64,000 nucleotides of DNA from Eledone cirrhosa (GCA_964016885.1 OZ024740.1:255130001-255194000); one strand, 5' to 3'. Shown: positions 27,095-41,930, counted from the first letter of the stretch. Numbers and translations are program-made. The notes: generated from the sequence alone by a model not told the origin.

Positions 27095-27656
27095 ATAAAT
27101 TATCGAGATTCGCACTTCGGCCCACGAAATAACGAAAAACAACCTCCGAGATGTGTGGCAAGTGCTCAATGATTCAGATGAACCAGAGCTATAACAAACG
27201 TTAAAGGCCAAACACACTGAGACGATGGTTAAACAATCATTCGCATAGCCAAATGAGACGATCAAGTAATTCGGGTATTGAAAATTTACCCGGACCCCTG
27301 GAAGGTTGGTAAAATCCAGTATATGGGTTTCTGCGGCTCCTAAATCAAGTACCGTCCGCTTACATAAATAATGTCAGGCTTCTGGTAAGATGATTGAACA
27401 AGGAAGCCACTTTCTCAACAATGTTAATACAAGGACTGACTATTGCTGACCCCACGTGGGGATCGGCAAGGGAGGCAACCCCTATATCAGGCGAATGAAT
27501 TCAGTTGTGTATATTTTTGCAAGAATGCAAAAATATCACAAATCGAATAGAGTTCTCAACAGAAGGGTTAAAATTAACATAAGCTATTCATCAGTCAATA
27601 GAATCAACTAAAAAATCAAGAAAATTAACTGGTCAATAGCTAAAGTCTGGAGAATA

Positions 27657-27715
<59 letters not shown>

Positions 27716-27977
27716 GTATAAAAACGAAAAATCAGTGATGCATCTGGATTCAGTTTATTGCGTGTTACAATTGTTTCGCCGGCAGGTAGCTCGAGACATG
27801 ATCACTCTATGGATCTGGCTGATTCTACGGCTGCAGGTTCCTTCGGACACGGGCAGTTCGTTCAGAGAAAATTTTCTCACTCGTTTTTATACTATCCACA
27901 CTCTCCTCTGTATGAATATTGAGTGCAAATTTTGGCATACCGCCTATGGAAGCACCATAGCTACCATTATACACACG

Positions 27978-28013
<36 letters not shown>

Positions 28014-28054
28014 GTATATATATACATATATATATACACACAATTTTCTGTTTG

Positions 28055-28143
28055 GATTCACAATTGTGAGGTTGTGAGTTCGATTCCTGGACCGGGTGAT
28101 ACGTTATGTCCTTGAGCAAGACACTTTATTTCACGTTGCTCCT
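28055..28143 (+). mobile_element. tRNA-derived SINE fragment (related copy 28690-28780)
   Basis: B-box-like GAGTTCGATTCC followed by CCTTGAGCAAGACACT. Confidence 0.6.
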
Positions 28144-28243
28144 TCTACCTGGAGTTGCGACTGATAGATAGTACTAGCAACTGGCAAGACTGACGAAAAC
28201 ATTGTTTCCTCGGTCCGATACCCCCCCCCCCCCACACACACAC

Positions 28244-28277
<34 letters not shown>

Positions 28278-29109
28278 GTTTCTGTCGTCTTACAAACTGA
28301 CGCACACACATTCACGCACGCGCTCACATGCACACACACCCACACCCAAACATTCACACACATATACACACATATCGACGTGTGGTGTTGTGCTAATGTA
28401 ATAATGCTTTGTCGCTGCGCACGTCAGAGATATCCATCAAACGTGATTGGCTGCACAGCTGTGAAGCGCAGCCAATCAGTGATTGAGATCTGAAAGCGAT
28501 TAAGATAGGAGTTTTCAGTGGAAGGTGTTGAGAGATACGTTGCTGTGATGGTCGCCACCAATTGCTCTTATCAGAGACATTAAATAACGGTCTTAGACTG
28601 TTTATTGGACATTTTAGAGAAGATAGATAAATATATCGTTTTTAAATTACCAGTTACGTGCTTTAGTAGTTCATGGCTGCACGCCACCTAGTGGTTAGGT
28701 TGCTGGACTCACGACCATAAGGTTGTGAGTTTGATTCCTGACCCGGATGTCGTGTGGTGTTCTTGAGCAAGACGCTTCATTAAAAATGACTCAACAAACA
28801 TCCTATGAGAATTCATCTCGTATCGTATGAGGCCAGCTAAACTTATACGGAAGTATATAAGAGACGGCTGGATTCTGCGCGGCAGGTGTCAGTAATTTTA
28901 TGACAAGGGTGACAACTCAATTAGACTATTGCAGGTGGGGGGGGGGCACTTTTGAAGAACGATTGCTTGTGGTAGTTCAGTCTGGATTACATTTCTTGTT
29001 ATCTTGGGTCCTTCCAGTTACGTAATAGAAACTTTGCAGCGTGGGGGCAGCGATTAAAAAATCGTCTCTCGTATTATGGCAAATGTTATTACGTTACGTC
29101 TGGTGGTGG

Positions 29110-29290
29110 ATTGGCAGTATCGGTAGAGGGTCGGACGCCATGCTTTCCAGCATAGTTACGTCCCTTTACGATCTGAGTTCAAATCCCGCCGAGGTTGACT
29201 TTGCCTTTCATCCTTACGGGGTCGATAAAATAAAGTACCAGTAATGCACTGGGTAATTGCTGGCCTTGTGCCTAAAGTAGAAACAGTTAT
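29110..29290 (+). mobile_element. tRNA-derived SINE (copies 37385-37530 -, 37690-37828 +, 41562-41675 -, 59975-60150 -, 63960-64000 +)
   Basis: A-box-like TGGCAGTATCGG, B-box-like GAGTTCAAATCC, and a shared core TTTGCCTTTCATCCTT.CGGGGTCGATAAAATAAAGTACCAG in several copies. Confidence 0.8.
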
Positions 29291-29336
29291 TACGTAACGT
29301 CTGCAATATATTCACTTTTTAATCGATGCAAAACTT

Positions 29337-30580
29337 TCAGGACACTGCTCCATTTCCGTATGGCCTCGATTTGGTTATAACTTTCCATTGAATGGAGGAA
29401 TTCACGTCTGCATCCTTGCGTGACCATACGTGGGTTACCAACTTCGTGGACGAATGCTTATCAGAGTGTCTAAAGGTCGTTTGATGGTTAACGAAGCGTT
29501 CTTTAAACCGGCCCTCTGACATTCCTACATAGGTTTTGAACTCCTGCTGTTGATTTGATCGAGTGGATGTAACTTCAGCCTCATAGACGATTGCGGCTGT
29601 GTTGAAGAGAGAATGGTTCCGGCTTTGTGCAATAGCATCCGGGTGGGGAATATCTCTTGGGGTTTGTGTTGATGTGGGCTTTCATATTGTTGGCACAGGA
29701 ATATCCCAGTTTCACCCTGTGACGATTAAAGATAGATTTTTATTTCTGCCCTATAAGGAAGTGCTTGTCTAGGACCGCTAAGAATCTCTTACCTTCATTA
29801 CTTTTAACCCCAAGAGTTTCGAAGTAATCGGGAAGGGTGGGCAGAACCAAATTTTATTTTATTTCTATTTTTCTTTCTACTGGTAGTGTGATTGGAAGGA
29901 GACTAAGAAATTTTATCGGAGAAGCCGCTGTTGGCTATTGCAGTTTTATAGTAAGGTACCGCTCTGTCAAAGATGGCGTTGTTCGAAGAAAGATTTGAAA
30001 TCCTTGTGCTGATGTTTTTATCGAAGTTTTAAAGACCGTAGGTAGGTGATATGAGTCCTTGTGTATATAAATTAATTTTTCATTAAGTTTGTGGAAAGGT
30101 CTGAATGTGTGTGTGCGAAGGTCTAGTTCGGCAATTTGACTCACTGCGTATCTAATATATATAACTCGACCAAATCGCATACATCAGCACTGTTGAATAA
30201 TCTCACTGGGACATCAAATAGTTCTGAAGTATTTTTTTTTTCTTTCGCCCAGGCTACACCATTAATGAAGAGCAGGGTTTTACTGTTAGATCTGTCTATC
30301 TAAGTCATGAACTTCAAGTCATGAACTTCTTATTGATCTGTCTATCTTAGTCATGGACGTCAATGCTTTATCCAACAGGGTCGAACTGGATGAATTTAGC
30401 TTTGTTGGTGTTGAAGGAGTTAAACCAATTAACAACTGGGACATGTTGAATTTCTTCCTAATGAGTCAAACTGGTCCTCTAAGAATAGATTTGCTAACTA
30501 TCCCCATCTCTGTCCATGCTGGGTTCAACAAGTTGCAAGTGGAGTTAGTAGCAAAATTGGCTTTTTATGATGCTTAAGGC
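29337..30580 (-). pseudogene. Highly decayed PLE (RT N-terminus to GIY-YIG)
   Basis: Fragments CNLLNPAWTEMGIVSKSIL; FRPFHKLNEKLIYIHKDSYH; YVGMSEGRFKERFVNHQTTF..STKLVTHVW. Confidence 0.75.
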
Positions 30581-32133
30581 CTCACGCTTAGTTAGGTATT
30601 TTAGTTTCTGATCTACGGTTGTTTTATATATAACATTTCATTATTACCATTATTACGCTCTCTACGAACAAATTCATATATCAACTTATTCATTTAATTA
30701 TTTATTTATTTACCTGGTAGCCGCCGTCCGCCTATTGTAATATGATTGTCTTATATATACTATTATATTATTATCTTTATTATCACACTCTGTATGAACA
30801 AATTCATTCATTAACTTATCATTTTTATTTCTTTTTGGGTGGCCAATATGGTCACCCTCCCATTTAGTTCCTTTTTACACAAAAGCTAAACATTGAATGT
30901 CCAAATCACATACCAATACGCGCGCACGCATGCAGACACATATGAATCGTTACACAAACACTCACACACGCACATGAATATACATGTATATATACATACG
31001 AATTGCCCTACCTGTTGCACTTCAACACCCACATAAAGAATAGGGCCGATACTTATATATATGTAGCGAAATCTATCCGCACAGTGACCCTCGAATGACA
31101 CTTTGCTGTCATTTCTCTAGGTTATCTCCTTTGGCGTCAGTTGTCTGAAGTAGCAGCTCACTTTAAGGTGAAATCAAAATAGGTTCTCAGGCAAGTCGAC
31201 AGGGAACCTTCTTACAAGTCAGTTTGCTCTGGTCTCCCGCGAACGACGCATCAGGTCTACCCATCAAGCCACTAGCAAGATGTAGCCCTCGGGTAAAATA
31301 TCTCTCTGGTTTGCCTGTGGGCAGGGCCACAAGAAATAACAGCCAGCCACTTCTATAAAGCAAGTTACCTTGTATTGCTGCACACACACAGTCATCCTAC
31401 CCAAACATATCTCACACACATTCTTCAGGTAACAGAAATTCTCTCCTCGTTGTTTGTTGTTCATATCTTTTGGCTATAACAAAATGTTAATTCAAGTGTT
31501 TCCGTCGTCAAATACTTGACAATAAATCTCATATAACAGTAGCAGGGTGTTTTCATTCTTCCATAACCCTAGCGGTGTGATCGGGAAAAATCACTTTCTC
31601 CACGATATAAAACACATTCGTTTTCTACAGATGTACACATTGGTTAACTATCGCAATTATCTACAACCAATACGCATCATCATCATCGTGCACTCTTCTG
31701 CTACAGTAAGAACCTCAACTCACAATCACACTCAAACATCCCGTTACATCATCTCAAATCACAACAAACACGCCAGTTTGAAGAGCATATCGATACACAC
31801 TTACTCACACATACCCCCCCCCCTCACGCACACATACATATATATATAAACTATCTTTTCTCCTCCAAAAGGTGTGCCAGACTGAAGCACACTGAGAATT
31901 ATGTTAAGGGTTGACGTGGAATGCTCAACCACTTGCGCGTTAATTTCCAGAGCCAAGCTGTTCCCTTAATGAAATAACTGGGACACTCGTCGGCGAAAGC
32001 GACGGAATCGAACACACATTAGTGAATAAGCATATCAATGGTTTTATGATTATAGCGTCATTTGAAAGAGATTTGGCTGCTATTCCTAGCTGGTCGAGCA
32101 AATGCATGGAGTCTCCTTTCTCACCTCATTCAT

Positions 32134-32191
<58 letters not shown>

Positions 32192-34935
32192 GGAGGTGAG
32201 TTTTATTTATAATAAAGCAATGCAGATATCGGATAAGAAGCACTCTACAGTTTGTAGGACTGGAGTATACATAATATATAACATCAAAAGATGGTTAAAA
32301 GAGTTCCATGTATTTTATTATGCGCATTTCAAAAACAAATATCATCATGCAATAACATCAGATAAAATAGGAAGACATGATATGAAGGTTAAAAACACTT
32401 GTGGATAGTGCAGTTTTAAATCAACATATGAAAAGTAGTTTTAGATTGATGTGTAATATTGGGGAAATATTTTTTTGAGGGGGGTGGGGGGGTGGGAAGA
32501 GGAGGAGATGAGAGTAAAAAGTGGAGGGGGAGGAGTATAATGAGGAAGGATGAGATAGGAGGAGAGATGGGTGATAGAGAGAGAGAGATAGCTTTTATAA
32601 CTGAGAAAAATATATTGTTTTACATAGAGAGGTTGAAAAACCGTTGGAAGATAATGTATAAATTAAAAGAATTTGAAAATTAACGAAGAGAAAAATAATG
32701 TAAAGTTAAGGTTTGTATATTGAAGGGTTTAATAATATGTGCGATGAAAAGAAATTGTTAATATGTATTAAGAATAATATTTAAAGGTTTAATAATATGT
32801 GCGATGGAAAGAAAATGTTAATATGTATTAAGAATAATATTTAAGGGTTTAATAATATGTGCGATGGAAAGAAAATGTTGATATTTATTATTAAAAAAAC
32901 AAAAGTAATGTAAGTAAGGATATATTGTGAGATGAGCATGAATAAGTTAGATGAAAGTGAGAAAAAAATAATGAATAGAGGATGAATAATCTAACGTAAA
33001 AAAAAAAAATGTTTATGTTTACGAAGGATTTTTTCAAGGTGATATAAAGTAAGAATATATTGTATTGTGTAATAATTGTTTCTATGTTAGGCACAGTGAG
33101 AAAAGGTACAGATTAGGGGTTAGAAATTAAAAGAAAAAGAAAAGAAAAGGAAAAGGAAGAAAGGGAAGTGATAAATAGGAGTGATATAGAATGAGTAACA
33201 AGTATTATATAATGTATAATAAATAACTTTGAAATAAGGTAGAAAGATGGGTATATTTTTAAAGAAGTATATATATATATATGTGCCTTTGAGAAAAGGA
33301 TTCTGAATTGATAAAGTTTAGGATATTAGCTGTATACTTTATTGAATGTTCTGTGGAATTTATGCAAGCAGAGAGAAAACAAGTCAGTGCGTCTATTTAT
33401 TATAGAATCTAAATTAGAGATAATGGTAAATTTTTCATTTAGTCAGAGATTGCAAGTCTTGGATAGAGAACTGTTCAAGTATGAAGCAGCAGAAGAAACC
33501 TTTTTCCAAGAGATGTTATATTTAATATTTTTTGTCTTTCAAGGACCATATGAGTTCTGAGAGAGCCGTGTTGGTTCTTTTAAGTCGGCATAGCTCGTCT
33601 TTATAATTACCTTTCGTCTTTTAAATACCAACTTAAAAGAACCAACACGGCTCTCTCAGAACTCATATGGTCCTTGAAAGACAAAAATATTAAATATAAC
33701 ATCTCTTGGAAAAAGGTTTCTTCTGCTGCTCCATACTTGAACAGTTCTCTATCCAAGACTTGCAATCTCTGACTAAATGAAAAATTTACCATTATATCTA
33801 ATTTAGATTCTATAATAAATAGACGCACTGACTTGTTTTCTCTCTGCTTGCATAAATTCCACAGAACATTCCATAAAGTATACAGCTAATATCCTAAACT
33901 TTATCAATTCAGAATCCTTTTCTCAAATATATATATATACTTCTTTAAAAATATACCGATCTTTCTACCTTATTTCAAAGTTATTTATTATACATTATAT
34001 AATACTTGTTACTCATTCTATATCACTCCTATTTATCACTTCCCTGTCTTCCTTTTCCTTTTCTTTTCTTTTTCTTTTAATTTCTAACCCCTAATCTGTA
34101 CCTTTTCTCACTGTGCCTAACATAGAAACAATTATTACACAATACAATATATTCTTACTTTATATCACCTTGAAAAAATCCTTCGTAAACATAAACATTT
34201 TTTTTTGACGTTAGATTATTCATCCTCTATTCATTATTTTTTTCTCACTTTCATCTAACTTATTCATGCTCATCTCACAATATATCCTTACTTACATTAC
34301 TTTTGTTTTTTTAATAATAAATATCAACATTTTCTTTCCATCGGACATATTATTAAACCCTTAAATATTATTCTTAATACATATTAACATTTTCTTTCCA
34401 TCGCACATATTATTAAACCCTTAAATATTATTCTTAATACATATTAACAATTTCTTTTCATCGCACATATTATTAAACCCTTCAATATACAAACCTTAAC
34501 TTTACATTATTTTTCTCTTCGTTAATTTTCAAATTCTTTTAATTTATACATTATCTTCCAACGATTTTTCAACCTCTCTATGTAAAACAATATATTTTTC
34601 TCAGTTATAAAAGCTATCTCTCTCTCTCTATCACCCATCTCTCCTCCTATCTCATCCTTCCTCATTATACTCCTCCCCTCCACTTTTTACTCTCATCTCC
34701 TCCTCTTTTTCACCCCCCCCCCTCAAAATTTTTTTTCCCCCAATATTACACATCAATCTAAAACTACTTTTCATATGTTGATTTAAAACTGCACTATCCA
34801 CAAGTGATTTTAACCTTCATATCATGTCTTCCTATTTTATCTGATGAAAACACAAATGTTATTGCATGATGATATTTGTTTTTGAAATGCGCATAATAAA
34901 ATACATGGAACTCTTTTAACCATCTTTTGATCTTA
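32192..34935. mobile_element. Giant fold-back of a PLE 3' end (~1.3-kb inverted arms 32275-33588 and 33628-34935)
   Basis: The arms are near-identical reverse complements. The centre encodes a GIY-YIG C-terminus (TALSELIWSLKDKNIKYNISWKK..CNL). HHR at 34833-34903. Confidence 0.9.
34833..34903 (+). ncRNA. Type I HHR
   Basis: TATTTTAT CTGATGA [AT-rich stem II] GAAA TGCGCA TA ATAAAATA. The opposite-arm copy (32311-32370) has a deletion at the core/stem II junction. Confidence 0.75.
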
Positions 34936-35049
34936 TATATTATATATATATATATATAAGTATGTATGTATGTATGTATGTATGTATGTATGTATGTATG
35001 TATGTATGTATGTATGTATGTATGTATGTATGTATGTATGTATGTATGT

Positions 35050-35578
35050 ATGTATACGTACATTCATATATGTATACAGACGTACAGTAGTATGTATATA
35101 TATACATACATGCACACATATATATATATATGCACGTATCGGTTTACCGAACATTTATTATAATGTTCGGTTTGTTTGTAAACAAACAAACAGCCCAAAT
35201 TACGTCGTACAATGTTTAGGCAACCGCGTCACCTTTTTATTCAACACTGACACAGGAACGATGTACTAGTTTCAAGCTTATTAGCTATCGTCAGCATCGT
35301 ATACCTTCCTGCTAGATGGTTGAACAAAAAGGTCACGTGGTTGCCTAAACACTGTACGGCGTAATTCGGGCTGTTTCTTTGTTTACAAACAAACCGAACA
35401 TTATAATAAATATTCGGTAAACTGATACGTGCATATATATATGTGTGCATGTATGTATATATATATACATACTACTGTACGTCTGTATACATATATGTAT
35501 GTACGTATACATACATACTTACATTTAAGTAACTGCCGTACTAAGAGTGAGAAATGAAACTTCGTTTCATTCTTTTCC

Positions 35579-35582
<4 letters not shown>
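35050..35582. mobile_element. Family B fold-back
   Basis: 35055-35245 is inverted against 35320-35510. HHR at 35258-35300 (-). Confidence 0.8.
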
Positions 35583-35627
<45 letters not shown>

Positions 35628-35629
<2 letters not shown>

Positions 35630-35852
35630 AGGAAGTTATAGTTCACGTGAAGCATTGTGTAATGAGGTATAAACGTTTGTATATGTATAATAAAGCCAAA
35701 ACAATGCAGGTATGGACATAGAATAAAGAATGCAAATGCAAAAGATATTGTTGACAATTAGTCTTTTAGCTTAGATTTATTTAAATGTCCTTAATTTTCG
35801 AGATAATTCTTCTTCGGACGGAAGGAAAACGGTTAAACCAGTGTTCTAAATA

Positions 35853-35919
<67 letters not shown>

Positions 35920-36050
35920 CTATTTAGAACACTGGTTTAACCGCTTTACTTCCCTCCGAAGAAGAGATATTATCTCGAAAATTAAGGACATTTAAATAAA
36001 TCTAAGCTAAAAGACTAATTGTCAACAATATCTTTTGCATTTGCATTCTT
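35628..36050. mobile_element. Fold-back element with U4C HHR-like motifs (35953-35987 +, 35788-35820 -) and a (TA)n spacer
   Basis: 35723-35853 is inverted against 35919-36052. CCT CCGAAGA A GAGAT-ATT-ATCTC GAAA AT TA AGG. Confidence 0.65.
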
Positions 36051-36081
<31 letters not shown>

Positions 36082-38311
36082 TTGTGTGTGCCCGCGTGCG
36101 CCTATGTAACGTGGGAGCAGTGTTGTCCTTATATGGTCATAGTTATTCATTAGTACCAATGTACAAACATAGCGAATTTGTATTGGTGGTGGTGGCTGTG
36201 GGAGACATCAGTGGAGTGTCACAACAGTTTCCGTTAATATACGATGTTTATCGCCAGTTATTTACCAAAATCATTGTTTCCCATTGACGGCCATAAATTA
36301 TGGCGATGTCGGTGCCGAGATATTCACGTTCGGGCATTGCTTGTGTCCGCCGCCACGACAATTCACGCACTGCTCTGGTTTTCACCTCTTCATTTAAACT
36401 TTTACGCCGTCAACACACTACACCCACACACAACACAACACACACACACACACACACACACAAACATACACATACCCGTGCGTTCTAGCCCACGCGATTA
36501 TACAAAAACACAGATACCGTTTTATACATACACATATTTTATACAAATATTTGAAACACATACACACACACTTACACAAATTCAGCACACACACACACAT
36601 ACACTTATAGAAAAACACACAAAACGTACTCGTATATACACACAGACATATTCACATACACATTTTATACAAATGCATGCAAACGTGCATACAAACACAC
36701 ACGCAGACTTATATTAATACACACATATCCCCGTATTTATAGGCACACTTATATAAAATCAAACACCTGCATATACACACGCACACGTACACATATATAT
36801 ACGCACACATACACACACCTATATAAACAGACACATGCATATACACACATATTAAAACTGTTATATATACATAAGCATATATCATATACTGTGGGGCCTT
36901 AACTATTGATTGAGTCGTAGGGGCGCTGTTGTGACACACAATGTGTCTTGACCTGAACACAGCCGATTTCTTGTAAACAATAGCAAGTAATTTTGTTACT
37001 TATTATAGTCTTCTGACGATAGTCTTTTGGACACGAAATATTTAGGACAGGTAAATAACAGGTTGCTTTCAATATTTTCCGAAATCTACTGTAATTTTAC
37101 ATTCGTGTAGCCTTCGAAGAACATACTGCTTTATATACTAACACATTGCTTCAACTACAATGCCCTCAGTTACTGGGACGTCATTTACTTAGTTATAGAA
37201 AAAATGTAAAATATTCGAGAAATTTAGCTGATAACATAAACATTTTGTCTCTCTTTTTTTTTTTACCCATAACTCCTTGCAGAGTTGTACGGGTGACATT
37301 CCAGGTCAGAAGACAGCCAATTTGTGTCAAAGAAAGAGAGGGAATACTAGAAAATTGTGAAAAAGAGGAATAATCGCCTCAAGCACTGTATTGGTGCTTT
37401 TTTTTATCGACCTCAGGAGGATGGGAGGCAAAGTCGACCCCGGATGATTTGAACTTAGATCGCAGAGTACCAAAATGAATACCGCAAACATTTCACCAGA
37501 TGTTCTAACGATTCTGTCAATTCGCCGCCAGCATATACATTTACACGCTTAGAGAAATACACGCCCCCCCCCCCCCCCCTCCACAGCATGCACACACACA
37601 CACGCACGCACGCATACACACACACACACACATATATACATATACAACATTTGTTTTCTTAACGTGGTGGATACCTAGAGTGCAACATAGAGTTATGGCC
37701 CTTTACGTTCTGAGTTCAAATCCCACCGAGGTAATTTTGCCTTTCATCCTTTCGGGGTCAATAAAATAAAGCACCAGTAATGCACTGCAGTAATTGCTGG
37801 CTTTGTGCCAAAAGTAGAACCAATTATTAATATTCAGTTTGTTTACAAGCAAACAGCCTCATAAAAAGCACGTGGTAGATGACGACGTCATTGTTTTGTT
37901 AGGGTGGTAGCTCAGAGAAAACAATCAAGCTGCAGAAAGAACTTGGAGAACAATCCAGGAAAAACAACGTCCTTCGAAAACAGCAGAAGCCAAATGGAAG
38001 AGACGAAGAGAGGCCGAAGAAAAAGCAGAGCTTTCCATTCGCTGGCTGCCCAAGTTTTTCTGCTAATGAGACGAACGCGTTTACCCCCCCCCCCTGCCCC
38101 CATTTATTGCAATGGCTTACATTTTTTAACACTATATCTTCCTTTCTTCTTTCTTTTTCTTCCTTTCTTTTTTATTTCTTTTTTTCTTTGTTTTATTTGT
38201 CTCGTGCTATAAGAGGCACCACATTTTCCCCTGACGTCACACAAAATTCTATGCGTATTTATCTTTAATGCTATAAATTAATATTTCGTCTCCCGTCTCT
38301 TTCTCCACTCG

Positions 38312-38343
<32 letters not shown>

Positions 38344-38842
38344 TTTAGTATAAGTTTGGTAGAAATATCCAAGAGCACTGAGTCCATAGAACAAGTTAAG
38401 TATAATTAGTTACAGTAGTGATGTATACAGGTATTTAAGTGTCGTTGGGTTATACACACCAACTCATTCAGTCTGTTATATCAGCCTGTAATTTTGCAGT
38501 TAGCAATAAATAAACAAATATTTTAGATAATGTAAAGGGAGGTAACTATCATAAACAAATACAAAGGGTAGGAACTCTTGCAAAGTTAATAATTCAAAGA
38601 AATTAAATTCTTTGAAATTAAAATCAGTTAGTCTGGCCTATACCATTTTCTCACTATGAATTTTGCTTTGTGACGACAGCGACTAAAGCAGTCGCGGCGA
38701 GTATTTAAGCAGTATTTCTCCGAAGCCAGCTGCGTGAATATATTTCACTTTTCCGAGTTACATAGCAGGCAAAATTTTGGTCCATTAATATAGGGGTGGA
38801 TTTTTCTAATATACTCAATTTATATGTATGTGTGTGTGTATG

Positions 38843-38874
<32 letters not shown>

Positions 38875-39309
38875 CCCCCCCCCCCACACACACACATACA
38901 CAAAGAGTTATGGAATATGGAATAACAGATGAAAGAGAAAAGCAGAAATGAATGTGTATTATTCTATGATGTGTTCCTGCCGATATATGTATGCATGTAT
39001 ATACATAAACAACAACAAAGCTAAAAGAAGGAGTGTGTAAGAGGGGTAGGGTGGAGAAAAGTATAGGTAGCGGGTGGATTAAAGAGAGGGATGTAGTGGG
39101 ATGGAGTACAGAGAGTGATAAGGGGAGAGATACTGCGGGTGTGTGAGTGAGTGATCGTGTGTATGTGATTGCATGTGCGAGAATAGCGACAGCGAGTGTC
39201 ATTCCATGGGGATTATGACAATAGAAATATACAAACATACACACGTAACAAATATATATATATATTATATATATATATATATATACATATATATATGTGT
39301 GTGTGTGTT

Positions 39310-39370
<61 letters not shown>

Positions 39371-40349
39371 TTATAAGTTTTATATTCATTATATGTATAT
39401 ATAACATATATTCATTATATATATATATGTGTGTGTGTGTGTGTCTGTGTGTATGTGTATGTATGTATATAGTGTTTGTAACATATTCACAGGCACATAT
39501 AGACACAAACTCACAAGTATGATGCGTACACCCAGCTATTCGTGTACATAAACATTCTCACCAGAATACACATATATGTACATAAAACACACATCCCTAC
39601 ACACATATATACACATGCTTACACATATATACAAGAACTCGTATACAAAACACAAATAAAAACTGAAACAAAATAACAAACAAAAACATAACAGTAACTA
39701 CAACAACAACAACAGCAACTACAGAAACAACAACAACAAAATAACAATTACAACAGTAACAACAACAATCACAACAACTGCAACGACAGCAAAAAAACCC
39801 ACAACAGCAACAACAACCATTACAACAACTGTTACAACAACCATAACAACAACAGTAACAACAACCACAACAACAGTAACATTAACAACAACCACAATAA
39901 GAGTAACACTAACAACAACTAAAACAACAATTGAACGATGAACACGAAAGTGAAAATTGAATGGAAAATGGTGAACAAAAGACATGACCGCGTTTTTCAT
40001 AGGAACTTCCACCACCACCACCACCAGCACCACTACCCCAGCCACCACCGCCACCACTCCAACGTTACTGAAAGACCTTCACATAAAAAGCTCAATAGAT
40101 GGCGTTAGATCTCTTATCTCAATTTTCCAGTTCCAATCGTCCTAACCCCAACCACTCAACTTTACTCACCAACAAAACCCCGCTACCTTTTATTTCTTTA
40201 TTCCTTTTTCTCCTTCATTTTCATTCCTAACCCCTTTACTTTGTCACTAAATTTCTTTCTTTCTTTCTGTCTTGCCTTCATTCTTTCATTCAAACATTTT
40301 TCTTTCTTTTCTTTTCCTTCATTTTTCCCTTTTTTAATTCTCTGCCTCA

Positions 40350-41243
40350 TTCTTCTTCTTCTTCTTCTTCTTCTTCTTCTTCTTCTTCTTCTTCTTCTTC
40401 TTCTTCTTCTTCTTCTTCTTCTTCTTCTTCTTCTTCTTCTTCTCCTCCTCCTCCTCCTTCTTCTTCTTCTTCTTCTTCGTCTTCTTCTTCTTCTTCTTCT
40501 TCTTCTTCTTCTCCTCCTCCTTCTTCTTCTTCTTCTTCTTCTTCTTCTTCTTCTTCTTCTTCTTCTTCGTCTCCTTCTCCTCCTCCTCCTTCTTCTTCTT
40601 CTTCTTCTTCTTCGTCTTCTTCTTCTTCTTCTTCTTCTTCTTCTTCTTCTCCTCCTCCTTCTTCTTCTTCTTCTTCTTCTTCTTCTTCTTCTTCTTCTTC
40701 TTCTTCTTCTTCTTCTTCTTCTTCGTCTCCTCCTCCTCCTCCCCCTCCTCCTCCTCCTCNNNNNNNNNNNNNNNNNNNNNNNNNNNNNNNNNNNNNNNNN
40801 NNNNNNNNNNNNNNNNNNNNNNNNNNNNNNNNNNNNNNNNNNNNNNNNNNNNNNNNNNNNNNNNNNNNNNNNNNNNNNNNNNNNNNNNNNNNNNNNNNNN
40901 NNNNNNNNNNNNNNNNNNNNNNNNNNNNNNNNNNNNNNNNNNNNNNNNNNNNNNNNNNNTTCTTCTTCTTCTTCTCCTTCCCCTCTTCCTTCTTCTTCTT
41001 CTTCTTCTTCTTCTTCTTCTTCTTCTTCTTCTTCTTCTTCTTCTTCTTCTTCTTCTTCTTCTTCTCCTCCTCCTCCTCCCCCTTCTTCTTCTTCTTCTTC
41101 TTCTTCTTCTTCTTCTTCTTCTTCTTCTTCTTCTTCTTCTTCTTCTTCTCCCCCCTTCTTCTTCTTCTTCTTGTTCTTCTTCTTCTTCTTCTTCTTCTTC
41201 TTCTTCTTCTTCTTCTTCTTCTTCTTCTTCTTCTTCTTCTTCT
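40350..41243. repeat. (TTC/TCC)n microsatellite spanning a 200-N assembly gap (40760-40959)
   Basis: Seen directly in the sequence. Confidence 0.98.
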
Positions 41244-41898
41244 CACTTATTCGTGAAGGGGTCGTGGGGGAAGAGTCCTCAAACACTTCTTCCAGCGGGT
41301 CCTGTTACAAGCAAACGTCACCAATCAATTCGGCTGGATTCCTAAGCGAGACCAGCGGAGCTCATGGATGTTATCCAACCATCTTCCTTGAACAGAGTGG
41401 GGGTCTACCCCTGTGTCTCCTGCCGGGTGGTGTTGCCCGTAAAATCTGTCCAGCGATTTTTTCTGATACCTTCTAACCTTTTATTGTTGTATTGTTAGAC
41501 TGTAAGTCAAATTTGGTGGACAGAGACTGTAGGGAATGAAAGGAGGCGGCGCGTCTAAATAATTATTTCTACTTTTGGCACAAGGCCAACAAAAAACCCC
41601 AATGCATTACTGGTGCTTTATCCCGTAAGGATGAAAGGCAAAATTAACCCGGGCGGGATTTGAACTCCGATCGTTTCAATAATATCATCACCACTGTTTT
41701 ATATCCGTTTCTCCATGATTGCATGAATTAGACTTAATGTGCACCCCTGGCTGGACTCGAATCATCAACCTTTCGGATATAATCTTAGCTATCTTGAAAA
41801 GTCGGGATGGTCACAACTGGAGCATTCTGGATCAAACGTCTGCTGCATCAGAACTGACCCGGGGCTTAACAACAACTGCACAACAATTATAATTTTAC

Positions 41899-41930
<32 letters not shown>

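Noticed and set aside
28444-28478. Inverted CCAAT hairpin TGATTGGCTGC..GCAGCCAATCA as a promoter
   Set aside because: No associated gene or other support; it may be part of a repeat.
38427-38476. HHR-like fold on the minus strand (CTGAATGA GTTGG..CCAAC GACA); weak motifs also at 2527-2572, 43950-43992 and 44258-44290
   Set aside because: Core changes or a missing stem I make these probable decayed relics, too weak to call.
40198-41476. Long poly-E/K/R/L/S ORFs
   Set aside because: They come from a (TTC)n microsatellite spanning an N gap.
41735-41790. tRNA gene
   Set aside because: Only a B-box-like fragment with no full cloverleaf; more likely a SINE head.
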